64,000 nucleotides of DNA from NCBI GenBank assembly GCA_016930075.1, contig JAFGHS010000140.1, positions 676 through 64,675 on the forward strand, read 5' to 3'. Below the pieces are notes generated by a model. That model was not told the origin of the DNA and did no database searches. It worked only from the letters and a program-made list of their open reading frames with translations. Below, piece by piece: positions 18,277 to 28,318 of this stretch; the stretch's first letter is position 1, and every line of letters begins with the position of its first letter. Source of the DNA: Deltaproteobacteria bacterium (GTDB lineage Bacteria > Desulfobacterota > Syntrophia > Syntrophales > JAFGHS01). The position numbers were made by a program, and so were the translations under genes.

Positions 18277-19251
18277 ATGATCATTGTCACCGGCGGCGCC
18301 GGATTTATCGGGAGCGCCTTTGTCGCTAAGCTCAACAGCGAAGGGATTACGGATATCGTCATCGTCGATGAACTGGGCGAGTCGGATAAATGGAAGAACC
18401 TCGTCAATCGCCGCTACGTCGATTACATTCACAAAGACCATTTCATCGAGATGATCGGGGAGGATGACCTGCCCTTCGACGGGATCGAGGCGATGATTCA
18501 CATGGGCGCCTGTTCTTCCACGACAGAGCGGAACGCCGATTATCTCATGGAGAACAACTTCCATTACACCTGCTGCCTGGCAGACTGGGCGGTGGAACAG
18601 AAGATTCGTTTCATATACGCCAGCTCTGCCGCGACTTACGGCGACGGCGCCCGGGGCTTTTCGGACGCCGATGATGTGACGCCGACCCTGCACCCCATTA
18701 ACATGTACGGCTATTCCAAACAGCTCTTCGACCTGCGGATTCTCCGGCAAGGCGTTGCGGATAAAATGGCGGGGATCAAGTTCTTCAACGTCTTCGGCCC
18801 TAACGAATATCACAAGGGGGACATGGCGAGCGTCATTTTCAAGGCCTTTCACCAGATCCGCGAAACCGGCAAGGTCATGCTTTTCAAATCTTACAAGCCC
18901 GAATATCCAGACGGCGGCCAGATGCGAGATTTTGTCTATGTCAAGGATTGCGTGGAGATTCTCTGGTGGATCCTCAATCATCCACAGGTAAACGGCATCT
19001 TCAATCTCGGCACCGGCAGAGCCCGGACATGGAACGACCTGATCCAGGCCGTTTTTGCCGCCATGATGATCCCGAAACAGATCGAATATATCGAAATGCC
19101 CGTTGCCATCCGGGATCAATACCAGTATTTTACGGAGGCGAAGATGGATAAGCTTAAAAAAACGAGCTGTCCCGCAGCATTCCGATCTCTGGAAGACGCC
19201 GTTTACGACTATGTCGTGAACTATCTGCAGAAGGCGAATTCCTATCTCTAA
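18277..19251 (+). CDS. hldD: ADP-glyceromanno-heptose 6-epimerase
   Basis: MIIVTGGAGFIGS..., GACSSTTE, ASSAATYG: close to E. coli HldD/RfaD as I recall it. ATG after AAGGGGG. Confidence 0.9.
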   Translation: MIIVTGGAGFIGSAFVAKLNSEGITDIVIVDELGESDKWKNLVNRRYVDYIHKDHFIEMIGEDDLPFDGIEAMIHMGACSSTTERNADYLMENNFHYTCCLADWAVEQKIRFIYASSAATYGDGARGFSDADDVTPTLHPINMYGYSKQLFDLRILRQGVADKMAGIKFFNVFGPNEYHKGDMASVIFKAFHQIRETGKVMLFKSYKPEYPDGGQMRDFVYVKDCVEILWWILNHPQVNGIFNLGTGRARTWNDLIQAVFAAMMIPKQIEYIEMPVAIRDQYQYFTEAKMDKLKKTSCPAAFRSLEDAVYDYVVNYLQKANSYL

Positions 19252-19394
19252 CACGCATGCCCGTCGCGGGCACAACAAAGCATGAGAATACGGGAGCCAG
19301 GAGTCAGGAGCCGGAATAACCATGATATTGTTTTTCTTCTGTATTCTGACTTCTGCATTATTATATGAAAATTAAAAAAGGTTGCATTGAAGCC

Positions 19395-20141
19395 ATGAAA
19401 TGCGTTTGCATCATTCCATCGCGGTATCCTTCCTCACGTTTTCCGGGGAAGCCCCTGGCCGATATTTTGGGAAAGCCTATGATTCAACATGTTTATGAGC
19501 GCGTCATGCGGGCAAAGACGGTGTCTTACTGCGCCGTAGCGACGGACGACGAACGCATCGCCGCCGCCGTGCGGCAATTCGGCGGGAACGCGATTATGAC
19601 CTCGGAGCGTCACCGGTCGGGAACGGATCGGATTGCCGAGGCCGTCTCCGGTCTTAAGCTTATTGATTCGGACATCGTCGTCAACATCCAGGGAGATCAG
19701 CCTGTCTTTGATCCCTCCCAGATCGATGAGGTGGCGGCCCCCTTGCTGCAAGATCCTTCCATTCCTATGTCCACCCTCATTTACAAAATCGTACGCGAAG
19801 AGGAGATCACCCATCCCAACGCCGTCAAGGTCGTCTTTGATCATGACCACTTTGCCCTCTATTTTTCCCGCGCCACGATTCCCTTCGTCCGGGACGGGGA
19901 AAACACCACCGACTACTACAAACATCACGGCATCTATGCTTATCGAAAGGATTTTCTCGACGCCTTCACCCGCTTGCCTGAGGGCATCCTCGAAAAGCTG
20001 GAGGCCCTGGAACAGCTTCGGGCCCTGGAATACGGTTATAAAATCAAGGTTGTCGAAACGATTCACGACTCCATTGAAGTGGATACACCCCAGGAACTGG
20101 CGCGGGTGAGGGAGTTTATCCTGCAGGGAAAAGCGCTTTAA
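19395..20141 (+). CDS. kdsB: 3-deoxy-manno-octulosonate cytidylyltransferase
   Basis: IIPSRYPSSRFPGKPL, GTDRIAEA, NIQGDQP motifs. Alternative upstream ATG at 19365. Confidence 0.9.
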   Translation: MKCVCIIPSRYPSSRFPGKPLADILGKPMIQHVYERVMRAKTVSYCAVATDDERIAAAVRQFGGNAIMTSERHRSGTDRIAEAVSGLKLIDSDIVVNIQGDQPVFDPSQIDEVAAPLLQDPSIPMSTLIYKIVREEEITHPNAVKVVFDHDHFALYFSRATIPFVRDGENTTDYYKHHGIYAYRKDFLDAFTRLPEGILEKLEALEQLRALEYGYKIKVVETIHDSIEVDTPQELARVREFILQGKAL

Positions 20142-20230
20142 ATGGCGTTTTTTTCACAGAAGGAAGGTTGCTTTGCCGTATCAAGCTGCAGATGACCGGC
20201 AACGCATTGGGTCGGCAAGAGAGATTAAAC

Positions 20231-20260
20231 TTGACGAAAAACCATCAGCAATCCTATAAT
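20231..20260 (+). promoter_or_regulatory. candidate sigma70-type promoter for pdxS
   Basis: TTGACG (20231-20236), 18-nt spacer, TATAAT (20255-20260). Confidence 0.45.
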
Positions 20261-20311
20261 GCCGGTCTTCATTCTTAAGGGAGATTTAATCCATCCTGGA
20301 GGTAATATATA

Positions 20312-21193
20312 GTGGACGCAAAAAGGTATGAACTCAATGTCCAGTTGGCGCAGATGCTGAAAGGCGGCGTCATCATGGATGTTACAAACGTCGAGCAGGC
20401 AAAGATTGCCGAAGATGCCGGGGCGGTTGCCGTCATGGCCCTGGAGAGGGTTCCGGCGGATATCCGGAAGGACGGCGGCGTTGCCCGCATGTCTGATCCC
20501 GCCATGATCGCCGCCATCAAAAAGGCCGTTTCCATTCCCGTTATGGCGAAGGCGAGAATCGGTCATTTCGTGGAAGCCCAGGTCCTGGAAGCCCTGAAGA
20601 TTGATTATATCGATGAGAGTGAAGTGTTGACGCCGGCCGATGAAGAATGCCATATCGATAAGACAAAATTTTCCATTCCCTTTGTCTGCGGGGCGCGGAA
20701 CCTGGGCGAAGCCCTGCGACGCATTGCCGAAGGCGCCGCCATGATCCGGACGAAGGGCGAGGCGGGAACGGGAAACGTCGTGGAAGCGGTGCGCCATATG
20801 CGAACAATGAATCGCGAGATACGACAGCTTATCAATATGCCTCTCGAAGAGGTCACCGGTTTTACCAAAGTCAATGGCATGCCTTATGAGATTGCCCTGC
20901 AGGTGCGCAAACTGGAACGCCTGCCCGTTGTAAATTTTGCCGCCGGAGGCATTGCGACGCCTGCGGATGCGGCGCTCATGATGCAACTCGGCTGCGACGG
21001 CATCTTTGTCGGTTCGGGTGTTTTTAAATCTTCCGACCCGGCGCTCAGGGCCAAAGCAATTGTCAAAGCCACCGCATATTTCAACGACCCGGCAAAGATT
21101 CTGGAAGCCTCCGTGGGACTGGGCGATGCGATGGCGGGACTTGAAATATCCTCCATCCCTGAAGGACAGCTTCTTGCGGGGCGCGGCTGGTAA
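20312..21193 (+). CDS. pdxS: pyridoxal 5'-phosphate synthase lyase subunit PdxS
   Basis: 293 aa; the highly conserved [13 protein letters not shown]...[13 protein letters not shown]... pattern. GTG start after GGAGG. Confidence 0.95.
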   Translation: MDAKRYELNVQLAQMLKGGVIMDVTNVEQAKIAEDAGAVAVMALERVPADIRKDGGVARMSDPAMIAAIKKAVSIPVMAKARIGHFVEAQVLEALKIDYIDESEVLTPADEECHIDKTKFSIPFVCGARNLGEALRRIAEGAAMIRTKGEAGTGNVVEAVRHMRTMNREIRQLINMPLEEVTGFTKVNGMPYEIALQVRKLERLPVVNFAAGGIATPADAALMMQLGCDGIFVGSGVFKSSDPALRAKAIVKATAYFNDPAKILEASVGLGDAMAGLEISSIPEGQLLAGRGW

Positions 21194-21213
21194 TTATCCC
21201 GGCGGTATAATGA

Positions 21214-21912
21214 ATGATGATGATGAACAGCGAATCGCCGGAACTAAATGGTGCGATAACGTCTGCTATTGGCGTTCTTGATCTTCAGGGCGGCGTGTCG
21301 GAACATATCGATCACCTGGAGCGTCTCGGAATCCGGGGCATCCGAGTCAAGAAAGCTGACGATTTTCAAAATCTTGCAGGCTTGATCCTCCCCGGCGGAG
21401 AAAGCACATGCATGTCGCGCCTTTTAAGCATTTTCAATCTTGATGAAATGATCGAGAGGCACTTTCGCCGGGGAATGAAAATTTGGGGGACTTGCGCGGG
21501 GGCCATTCTGCTTGCGTCGAGCGTCGTCGGTGAATCCCCCTGTCTCCGTTTAATCGACATCGAGATCGAACGAAACAGTTTCGGCAGCCAGATGGACAGT
21601 TTTACACGCAAAGCCCATATTCCCGGCATGATGTCGGAGGCGGCATCCTTAACCTTTATCAGGGCGCCGAAAATAAAAAAAGTGGGGCCGGATGTGAGCA
21701 TATTGCTGCAAATCGACGATTACATCGCCGCCGCCGAAAGCCCCGAGATACTGGTCACCATATTTCACCCCGAACTGACGGGATGTCTCGATTTTCACCG
21801 GTACTTTACCCGAAAATGCCATCTAAAACCTCGTAATGAACTTAAAACGACAATTGACCCGTCCTGGAACAATACGAGCTGGACCCGCCTTGCCCGCATC
21901 GGGCGTGGCTGA
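21214..21912 (+). CDS. pdxT: pyridoxal 5'-phosphate synthase glutaminase subunit PdxT
   Basis: GVLDLQGG, LILPGGESTCM, GTCAG, FHPELT class I glutaminase motifs. About 25-aa C-terminal extension relative to typical PdxT. Confidence 0.88.
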   Translation: MMMMNSESPELNGAITSAIGVLDLQGGVSEHIDHLERLGIRGIRVKKADDFQNLAGLILPGGESTCMSRLLSIFNLDEMIERHFRRGMKIWGTCAGAILLASSVVGESPCLRLIDIEIERNSFGSQMDSFTRKAHIPGMMSEAASLTFIRAPKIKKVGPDVSILLQIDDYIAAAESPEILVTIFHPELTGCLDFHRYFTRKCHLKPRNELKTTIDPSWNNTSWTRLARIGRG

Positions 21913-21989
21913 GTCCAATATGCAAAAAGACAGGCTGCCGAATACCGTCAGCCGCCGATATATAAACTACGGAAATAGGAGGATGTGAC

Positions 21990-24074
21990 ATGGCCAAAAT
22001 AACAGAAGTTGTCGACATGGAAAAACAGGGAGGGGTTGCCGTCATTATGATCAACAATCCGCCTGTGAACGCGCTCAGCGTGGGCGTGCGCAAGGGAATG
22101 GTTGACGGGATGAAGGCGGCGGGCGGAGACGATTCCGTGAAAGCCGTCGTAATTGCCTGTGGGGGCCGCACATTTATTGCGGGAGCGGATATAACGGAAT
22201 TCGGCAAAGCACCGCAGGAGCCTGGGCTGGATGTTGCCTTTGATCTGATAGAGAACAGTGCAAAACCGGTGATTGCCGCTATGCACGGCACGGCGCTGGG
22301 CGGCGGTTTGGAGACGGCGATGGTTTGTCATTACCGCGTATCGACGCCGAGCGCGAAATTCGGCCAGCCCGAAGTCAACCTTGGCCTGATCCCCGGCGCG
22401 GGCGGCACCCAGCGGTTGCCCCGCATTGTCGGCGTGCAGAAAGCCATTGACCTGTGCGCTGGCGGCGGTCAAATCGGCGTCGAGGAGGCCCTGAAGGAAG
22501 GCCTCATTGATGAGATGATCGAAGGCGATCTTGTGGCCGGCGCCGTCGCTTTTGCGAAGAAAGTTATTGCCGAAGGAAGGCCTCTGCGCAAAATACGCGA
22601 CCGAAATGAAAAGATCGAAGCGGCAAAGGGAAAGGCGGAAATCTTTGCTGAAGCGAGAAAAGCATACGGGAAATCCAAAAGGGGCTTCGAAGCGCCGCAG
22701 GCAAACATCGATGCCGTCGAGGCTGCCGTGAATCAGTCTTTTGAGGACGGGATCAAAAAAGAGCGGGAACTTTTCATGAAATTAATGACCGGTTCCCAGT
22801 CTGCGGCACAACGGCATGTGTTCTTTGCGGAAAGGGAATGTGCAAAAATTCCCGATGTGCCTGCCGATACGCCGCAACTGCCGGTCAATAAGGTCGGAAT
22901 TATTGGTGCGGGAACGATGGGCGGCGGCATCGCCATGAATTGCGCCAACGTGGGAATCCCCGTAAAAATCATGGAAGTAAACCAGCAGCTTTTGGACAAA
23001 GGGCTGGGAGTCTGCCGCCGGAATTACGAAAATACGGCATCCCGGGGCCGCATTACGATGGATGATGTGGAAAAGCGCATGTCTCTCATCAAGGGAACCT
23101 TAACGCTCGATGACTTTGCCGATGTGGATATGGTCATCGAGGCCGTTTATGAAAATATGGACCTCAAAAAGGAGATCTTCGCCAAACTCGACAAGATCTG
23201 CAAGCCCGGCGCTATCCTTGGCTCAAATACATCCGGATTGAATATCAACGAAATCGCCTCGGCCACGTCGAGACCCGAAAGCGTTATCGGTTTGCACTTC
23301 TTCAGCCCCGCCAATGTCATGCGTTTGCTGGAAGTTGTGCGCGGCGAAAAGACGGCAAAGAATGTTATTGCCACCTCCATGGCCTTCGGAAGAAGAATCC
23401 AGAAAATACCGGCGCTGGTGGGGGTCTGCCAAGGTTTTGTGGGTAATCGCATGCTGCGTCAGCGGGGCCGGGAAACGCAGAAAATGATCCTGGAAGGCGC
23501 TCTTCCCCAGCAGATCGATAAAGTTATTTTTGATTTTGGTTTCGCCATGGGACCTTTTGCCATGAGCGATCTGTCCGGTCTTGATATCGGCTGGAAAAGA
23601 GGAGAATCGAAAGGAGAGACCCTTCGTGACCGCCTTTGCGAGGCAGGAAGGCTCGGTCAAAAGACCAATGCCGGCTACTACGATTATCAGCCGGGCAGCC
23701 GGACGCCGATTCCCTCGCCGTTAGTGGAAAAAATGATTAAAGACTATGCGGCGGAAAAGAATATCCCCCAGCGGGCCATCACGGATGATGAGATTCTGGA
23801 AAAGAGCCTCTATCCCATGATTAACGAGGGCGCCCAGATACTGGAAGAAGGCATTGCCATCCGGCCTTCCGACATCGATGTTATCTGGATTTACGGCTAT
23901 AACTGGCCCATTTACCGGGGCGGACCCATGTTTTACGCGGATCTTGTCGGTCTGAAGAAGATTTACGACAAGATGCTGGAATTTCAGGCACGGGAAGGCG
24001 ACATCTGGAAGCCTTCGGCGCTTTTGGAAAAACTGGCAAAAGAAGGGAAAGGGTTTAAGGATTTCAGGAGATAA
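21990..24074 (+). CDS. bifunctional enoyl-CoA hydratase / 3-hydroxyacyl-CoA dehydrogenase (FadB/FadJ-like)
   Basis: 694 aa: N-terminal crotonase fold ([13 protein letters not shown]), then NAD-binding [13 protein letters not shown] and the 3-HCDH C-terminal domain. Confidence 0.9.
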   Translation: MAKITEVVDMEKQGGVAVIMINNPPVNALSVGVRKGMVDGMKAAGGDDSVKAVVIACGGRTFIAGADITEFGKAPQEPGLDVAFDLIENSAKPVIAAMHGTALGGGLETAMVCHYRVSTPSAKFGQPEVNLGLIPGAGGTQRLPRIVGVQKAIDLCAGGGQIGVEEALKEGLIDEMIEGDLVAGAVAFAKKVIAEGRPLRKIRDRNEKIEAAKGKAEIFAEARKAYGKSKRGFEAPQANIDAVEAAVNQSFEDGIKKERELFMKLMTGSQSAAQRHVFFAERECAKIPDVPADTPQLPVNKVGIIGAGTMGGGIAMNCANVGIPVKIMEVNQQLLDKGLGVCRRNYENTASRGRITMDDVEKRMSLIKGTLTLDDFADVDMVIEAVYENMDLKKEIFAKLDKICKPGAILGSNTSGLNINEIASATSRPESVIGLHFFSPANVMRLLEVVRGEKTAKNVIATSMAFGRRIQKIPALVGVCQGFVGNRMLRQRGRETQKMILEGALPQQIDKVIFDFGFAMGPFAMSDLSGLDIGWKRGESKGETLRDRLCEAGRLGQKTNAGYYDYQPGSRTPIPSPLVEKMIKDYAAEKNIPQRAITDDEILEKSLYPMINEGAQILEEGIAIRPSDIDVIWIYGYNWPIYRGGPMFYADLVGLKKIYDKMLEFQAREGDIWKPSALLEKLAKEGKGFKDFRR

Positions 24075-24088
24075 TCCTGTATGAAAAA

Positions 24089-24138
24089 CATCCCCTGTGG
24101 ATCGCAATATATTTGTGATTTGCAGGGGATTTTTTTTA
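24089..24138. terminator. bidirectional intrinsic terminator
   Basis: ATCCCCTG (24090-24097) pairs with CAGGGGAT (24123-24130). T-run at 24131-24137 on the plus strand and an A-run before the stem. Lies between convergent genes. Confidence 0.55.
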
Positions 24139-24807
24139 ATTCTTGATGGCTTTTATTTTCTGCCGGATTTTTGAAGCCTTTGCTTTCTCATTCGTTGCTT
24201 CATAATATTGCTCAAGTTTTCCGAGGTGTGCCAGGAGGGGTTTTTGCCAGCCGTTTGCGGACGCCGTGTTTACAGCCGTCTGCAACGTTTCTTCATTATA
24301 GAGATTCTTTTTTACGGTGATTCCGATAGCGATCAGACATGAAAGGGAATCGTCGATTTTAGAGACGGCATCATTGACTTCCCGTTCTTTTCCACCCAGG
24401 GCCGCTTTCAGAAAAGGGCCGTACTGCGCGGGCAGTAGCTTCGCATCGACGATGGACAGGTTGCCTTGAAGAAAAACAAAAAAATTCCGGTTTTCTTTAT
24501 CGGGTTCAATGACGTCCATATCGAGATAATCGCTGTCCGCAACATCTTCAAGGACAGCCGCCTTGAGGGCGTATTTTGTTAAATAAACTTTGGCAATGAG
24601 CTTCAGATCACCGCTTCGTTTCACTTCTTCGAGGGTTTTCCGATAATGGAACTCTGCAACCTGGTCCTTGCTCTTCAAATAGTTGATTTTATAATTTTCC
24701 AGTTGGCCGAAACTTTCATATCGCCACTCGGGGATGGGCTTTGAAGCGCATCCGGCGATGATGCAGGCAACAAAAAAGAAAGGCAAGGCAGATACATATT
24801 TTTTCAT
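24136..24807 (-). CDS. helical lipoprotein of unknown function (last gene of Mla-like operon)
   Basis: 223 aa with signal peptide and lipobox (FVACIIAGC|AS). ATGA overlap with the mlaD-like gene. Confidence 0.6.
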   Translation of the reverse strand: MKKYVSALPFFFVACIIAGCASKPIPEWRYESFGQLENYKINYLKSKDQVAEFHYRKTLEEVKRSGDLKLIAKVYLTKYALKAAVLEDVADSDYLDMDVIEPDKENRNFFVFLQGNLSIVDAKLLPAQYGPFLKAALGGKEREVNDAVSKIDDSLSCLIAIGITVKKNLYNEETLQTAVNTASANGWQKPLLAHLGKLEQYYEATNEKAKASKIRQKIKAIKN

Positions 24808-25757
24808 GGCAGTTTTATATCCGGTTCTTTTTTAAAGGGTACCAAGTCATCCACTTTCTTGACCAGTTCTTTGATGGAATAGATAGTGCCGTCGATTTCC
24901 TCCCGGAGCAGTTTGAAATCTTTTGTCGAATCAGCCGCATCCTTGCTGATGGTATTGACATTGGCCAATGTGGCGTCCAGGTTTTGCAGCTTGATGATCA
25001 AATCTTTAAGAATATTGTTTACTAGAGACAGCGATCCTTCACGGCCGTAAACTTTTTCATCCGTTTTGACCGCCATGGCATCGACTTTCTTGAGGGTATC
25101 TTCAATTTGAGAGGTAATGACTTTTGTGCTTTTCATGGCCGAATAAAGGGCGTTAATGCTTTCCCGGTCGTCCACGGCCATATCGAGCAGGGAAGGCTTG
25201 CCGGATAGATTGGACGTCAGTTTTTCCGCATTCCGCAGGATTTTGTTGACATCACCCCGGGGATTGGCCAGATTGACGCTGATCGTTTCGATATTGGCGG
25301 CGATCCGGTTGACCATCTCCAGGATGGGATTGACCCTTTTTATGATTTCATTGATGTCGTTGGCGGTGCCGATTTCGACGATCGCTTCAGGAGATAGGGG
25401 GGGGCTGTTTAGGTTTTCCGTTATGACGGTTATTTTCGGCGCACCGATGAGGGGCTTGTCGAGAGAAAAGACGCTGTTGGATCTGATCCACTTGATGTGG
25501 CGTTTCGGAACCTTTATCGTAATGAGGACAACGCCCTCCTCATTGAGCTCCAGGACGTCAACCTTGCCGATCGTAAAGCCGGAAAACACAACGGGCATTC
25601 CCAGCGTTAGGTTTTCACCCGATTTTGAAGAAAGGGTATAGGTATAAACCTTCTCGAATACACCTTTCTTATAAACCATAAAACCAATAGTCATAACGAC
25701 AAGGAAGGTTGTAATGACGACAAACAGGCCGACTTTAAAAGCATTCTTATTCAGCAT
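24804..25757 (-). CDS. MlaD/MCE-domain protein with long C-terminal helical extension
   Basis: 317 aa: N-terminal TM, MCE domain (...GMPVVFSGFTIGKVDVLEL...), then about 190 aa of coiled coil. Confidence 0.85.
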   Translation of the reverse strand: MLNKNAFKVGLFVVITTFLVVMTIGFMVYKKGVFEKVYTYTLSSKSGENLTLGMPVVFSGFTIGKVDVLELNEEGVVLITIKVPKRHIKWIRSNSVFSLDKPLIGAPKITVITENLNSPPLSPEAIVEIGTANDINEIIKRVNPILEMVNRIAANIETISVNLANPRGDVNKILRNAEKLTSNLSGKPSLLDMAVDDRESINALYSAMKSTKVITSQIEDTLKKVDAMAVKTDEKVYGREGSLSLVNNILKDLIIKLQNLDATLANVNTISKDAADSTKDFKLLREEIDGTIYSIKELVKKVDDLVPFKKEPDIKLP

Positions 25758-26187
25758 CGTTATTTATATACCTGCTCTTATTCCAAATATATTCCAGAAT
25801 GTGACATTGTTTATACAGATCGTCAATTTTCTCCAGTGCGTCTTCCATAAAGCGGCTGTCTTTGGAGTTGTGCAATATAATGAAGGGTCTGTCAATAACT
25901 ATTATGGCTTCATGAACCATGGCCGCCCGCAAGAGCATGACGCAAAATTTCTGCTCTTCTGTCAAACTTGTGCTTCTTTTATAGGCGATGTCTTCAAGAT
26001 GATATCGATGAAGAAGTTTCAGCACCAGTTTTCTAGCCTCTCGTTTCGGCATATTTTCTTTATACAGTTTTATAAGAGCAATATTGTTCCAGACGTCAAG
26101 ATTGGAGATCAGCGGGATGTCGAGAGAAATCAAGCCGGAGTAATGCTGATGCTCCATCATTAACGCATCAAGATTTTTGATAAGCAA
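25747..26187 (-). CDS. truncated, motif-degenerate ABC ATPase-like protein (MlaF-like remnant)
   Basis: 146 aa aligning by eye to the Q-loop-to-D-loop part of an NBD. No Walker A; signature LSGGQ replaced by LTEEQ; Walker B hhhhDEP replaced by IIVIDRP. Confidence 0.55.
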   Translation of the reverse strand: MLIKNLDALMMEHQHYSGLISLDIPLISNLDVWNNIALIKLYKENMPKREARKLVLKLLHRYHLEDIAYKRSTSLTEEQKFCVMLLRAAMVHEAIIVIDRPFIILHNSKDSRFMEDALEKIDDLYKQCHILEYIWNKSRYINNDAE

Positions 26188-26207
26188 ATCCTCGCTTTCG
26201 AAATAGA

Positions 26208-27035
26208 TTACATTAATTTTATTATTAATGACAGCACCTCAATAATGACAATAGCGATGAAAACCTTGACCATGCCGTTTAAAACGGATACGGGAATGCT
26301 GGTCAGCTCGTTTGTTGCTCGCAATCCATAAAGAATAGGGATGAGCGTGATAAAAACGCCGTATGTGATGCATTTCAAAAGCAGGATGAGAAGATCGGAA
26401 AAATATATGGAGTTCAACAAAACATCCGCATACAGGTTGAAACTCATTCCGAATATAAGTTTTGAAAATAATAAGCCCGTTGCCAATACAACAATGGAAA
26501 AAAGGCAATTCATTAAAACAACCGATATGACCCCATTGATGATTCTCGGCAGAAAAAGATAGTTAATGGTGTCGATATGAAATACTTCAAGTGTTTTGAT
26601 TTCCTGATTCACTTTCATGACGGCGATTTCCGTATTGATGGCGGCACTCGATCGAAGGGCGATGAGCAGCACTGTAATAAAAGGCGACAGCTCGTTTACC
26701 ATAAAGCCGATCATAAAACGTCCGATATATTGAACCATTCCCAGTTCTTTGACCATGAGCATGAGTATGACGACGAGGACGGAGCCGAATATGGCAGCGA
26801 CGGTCAGAAACAGAGGCAGTATTTGAACAGAGGTAAAATAGATCTGGTCTGTCAGGACCATCCTGACAGCGGAATTATAGGCATTTTTATCCAATATCCG
26901 AGAAACGACCTTAAAGGCAAATAACAGGGTTTCTTTAAGCGATTGAGTCGTGTGAAGAAAAGACAGGCCAATGTGTTCGACAAGAATTTTCATAGGTATA
27001 TATATGTGTTGCCGATCGTTTATCTTTAAAATCAA
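26208..27035 (-). CDS. MlaE-family ABC transporter permease
   Basis: 275 aa. MlaE pattern NELSPFITVLLIALRSSAAINTEIAVMKVNQEI..L with multiple TM segments. Start uncertain (TTG 27035 or ATG 26993). Confidence 0.85.
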   Translation of the reverse strand: MILKINDRQHIYIPMKILVEHIGLSFLHTTQSLKETLLFAFKVVSRILDKNAYNSAVRMVLTDQIYFTSVQILPLFLTVAAIFGSVLVVILMLMVKELGMVQYIGRFMIGFMVNELSPFITVLLIALRSSAAINTEIAVMKVNQEIKTLEVFHIDTINYLFLPRIINGVISVVLMNCLFSIVVLATGLLFSKLIFGMSFNLYADVLLNSIYFSDLLILLLKCITYGVFITLIPILYGLRATNELTSIPVSVLNGMVKVFIAIVIIEVLSLIIKLM

Positions 27036-27139
27036 TATAGGATAAACCGCTTATTAAAGCGGAATTATAACACATTGACGCTTTCATGCTACCATAAATA
27101 GTGCTATAACACGTAACAAAAAAACACGGAAGTGACAAA

Positions 27140-27967
27140 ATGAAACTGATTCGATTTAAAACGGAGGACAATCGGATTCTTTATGGTCGCTATACAACTG
27201 ATCATCCGACTGATGCAGCAATTCTTTCCGGGGATCCCTTTTCTCGTATAGAAACGACGTCAGACAGGGCCCCGATCAAACAAATCCTGTCACCAATTTC
27301 CCCGTGCAATATTATGGCTTTAGGCCTTAACTACCGACGACATGCAGATGAAACGAAAATGCCGCATCCCGAGATGCCCATCATTTTCAGCAAGGCGACA
27401 ACCAGCGTCATCGGGCATCAGGCATCCATCGTGCTTCCCAGGGCAGGCGCAAAAATGGTTGATTACGAAGGTGAACTGGCGGTGATCATCGGTAAGAAGG
27501 GAAAGAACATCGAACCGGAAAATGCCATGGACTACGTATTCGGTTATACCTGTGCAAACGATGTCAGTGCAAGAGACTGGCAGATTGAAAAGCAGCAGGG
27601 GCAGTGGTTTCGCGGCAAGAGTTTTGACACCTTTTGCCCCCTGGGGCCTTATATCGTGACGAAAGATGACATATCAGAGCCCAACAATCTAAACATAAAG
27701 ACGCAATTGAACGGCAAAACCGTCCAGGATTCCAATACATCCGATATGATATGTCATGTTCCGGAAATGATTAGTTTTATCAGCAGATCGATGACGCTTC
27801 TCCCCGGCACAGTCATTCTGACGGGTACGCCGGAAGGCGTCGGCTTTACAAGAAAACCCCCTTTATTCCTGTCCGAGGGCGATGTGGTCAGCGTGGCCAT
27901 CGAAAAAATAGGCGAATTAACAAATGATGTGACAGCGGAAGGGCTATCGCCGTTGTTTCCGGCATAA
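27140..27967 (+). CDS. fumarylacetoacetate hydrolase family protein
   Basis: 275 aa with FAH-fold motifs (GLNYRRHA, DYEGELAVIIGK, GTPEGVG). Confidence 0.9.
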   Translation: MKLIRFKTEDNRILYGRYTTDHPTDAAILSGDPFSRIETTSDRAPIKQILSPISPCNIMALGLNYRRHADETKMPHPEMPIIFSKATTSVIGHQASIVLPRAGAKMVDYEGELAVIIGKKGKNIEPENAMDYVFGYTCANDVSARDWQIEKQQGQWFRGKSFDTFCPLGPYIVTKDDISEPNNLNIKTQLNGKTVQDSNTSDMICHVPEMISFISRSMTLLPGTVILTGTPEGVGFTRKPPLFLSEGDVVSVAIEKIGELTNDVTAEGLSPLFPA

Positions 27968-28090
27968 GCCCTTTGATGCGGTATTGACAAAGAAAAAACA
28001 ATGGTTAATATTTCCTGGAAGATGAAAACTGATGGATTTAATGAGGTTTAGAGAAACGTTCTGTCATATTGAATGTCGATGATCAATAAA

Positions 28091-28236
28091 TGACGAGATC
28101 GTAAAAAGTCGTCACCCCGGCAAAAGCCGGGGTCCAGTGCTTTTGTAAGCACTTGATCCCGCCGTGGCGGGACTGGATACCGGCTTTCGCCGGTATGACG
28201 TGGCCTGTGAGTAATTGAATTTTTACGAGATCATCA
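28091..28236 (+). repeat. 146-bp MITE-like palindromic element, copy 2
   Basis: Same orientation and architecture as 15761-15906. Flanked by ATAAA on both sides (28086-28090 and 28237-28241). Confidence 0.8.
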
Positions 28237-28318
28237 ATAAATATTGAAAGAGATTAAAGATTGTGCTATTTCAGCGGCAATTTTAAAAGGATAGCAACAT
28301 ATAATTCCCGGAGGTGCC

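Noticed and set aside
18136-19323. 395-aa ORF on the minus strand
   Set aside because: Antisense to hldD, which is strongly recognisable. A compositional mirror ORF.
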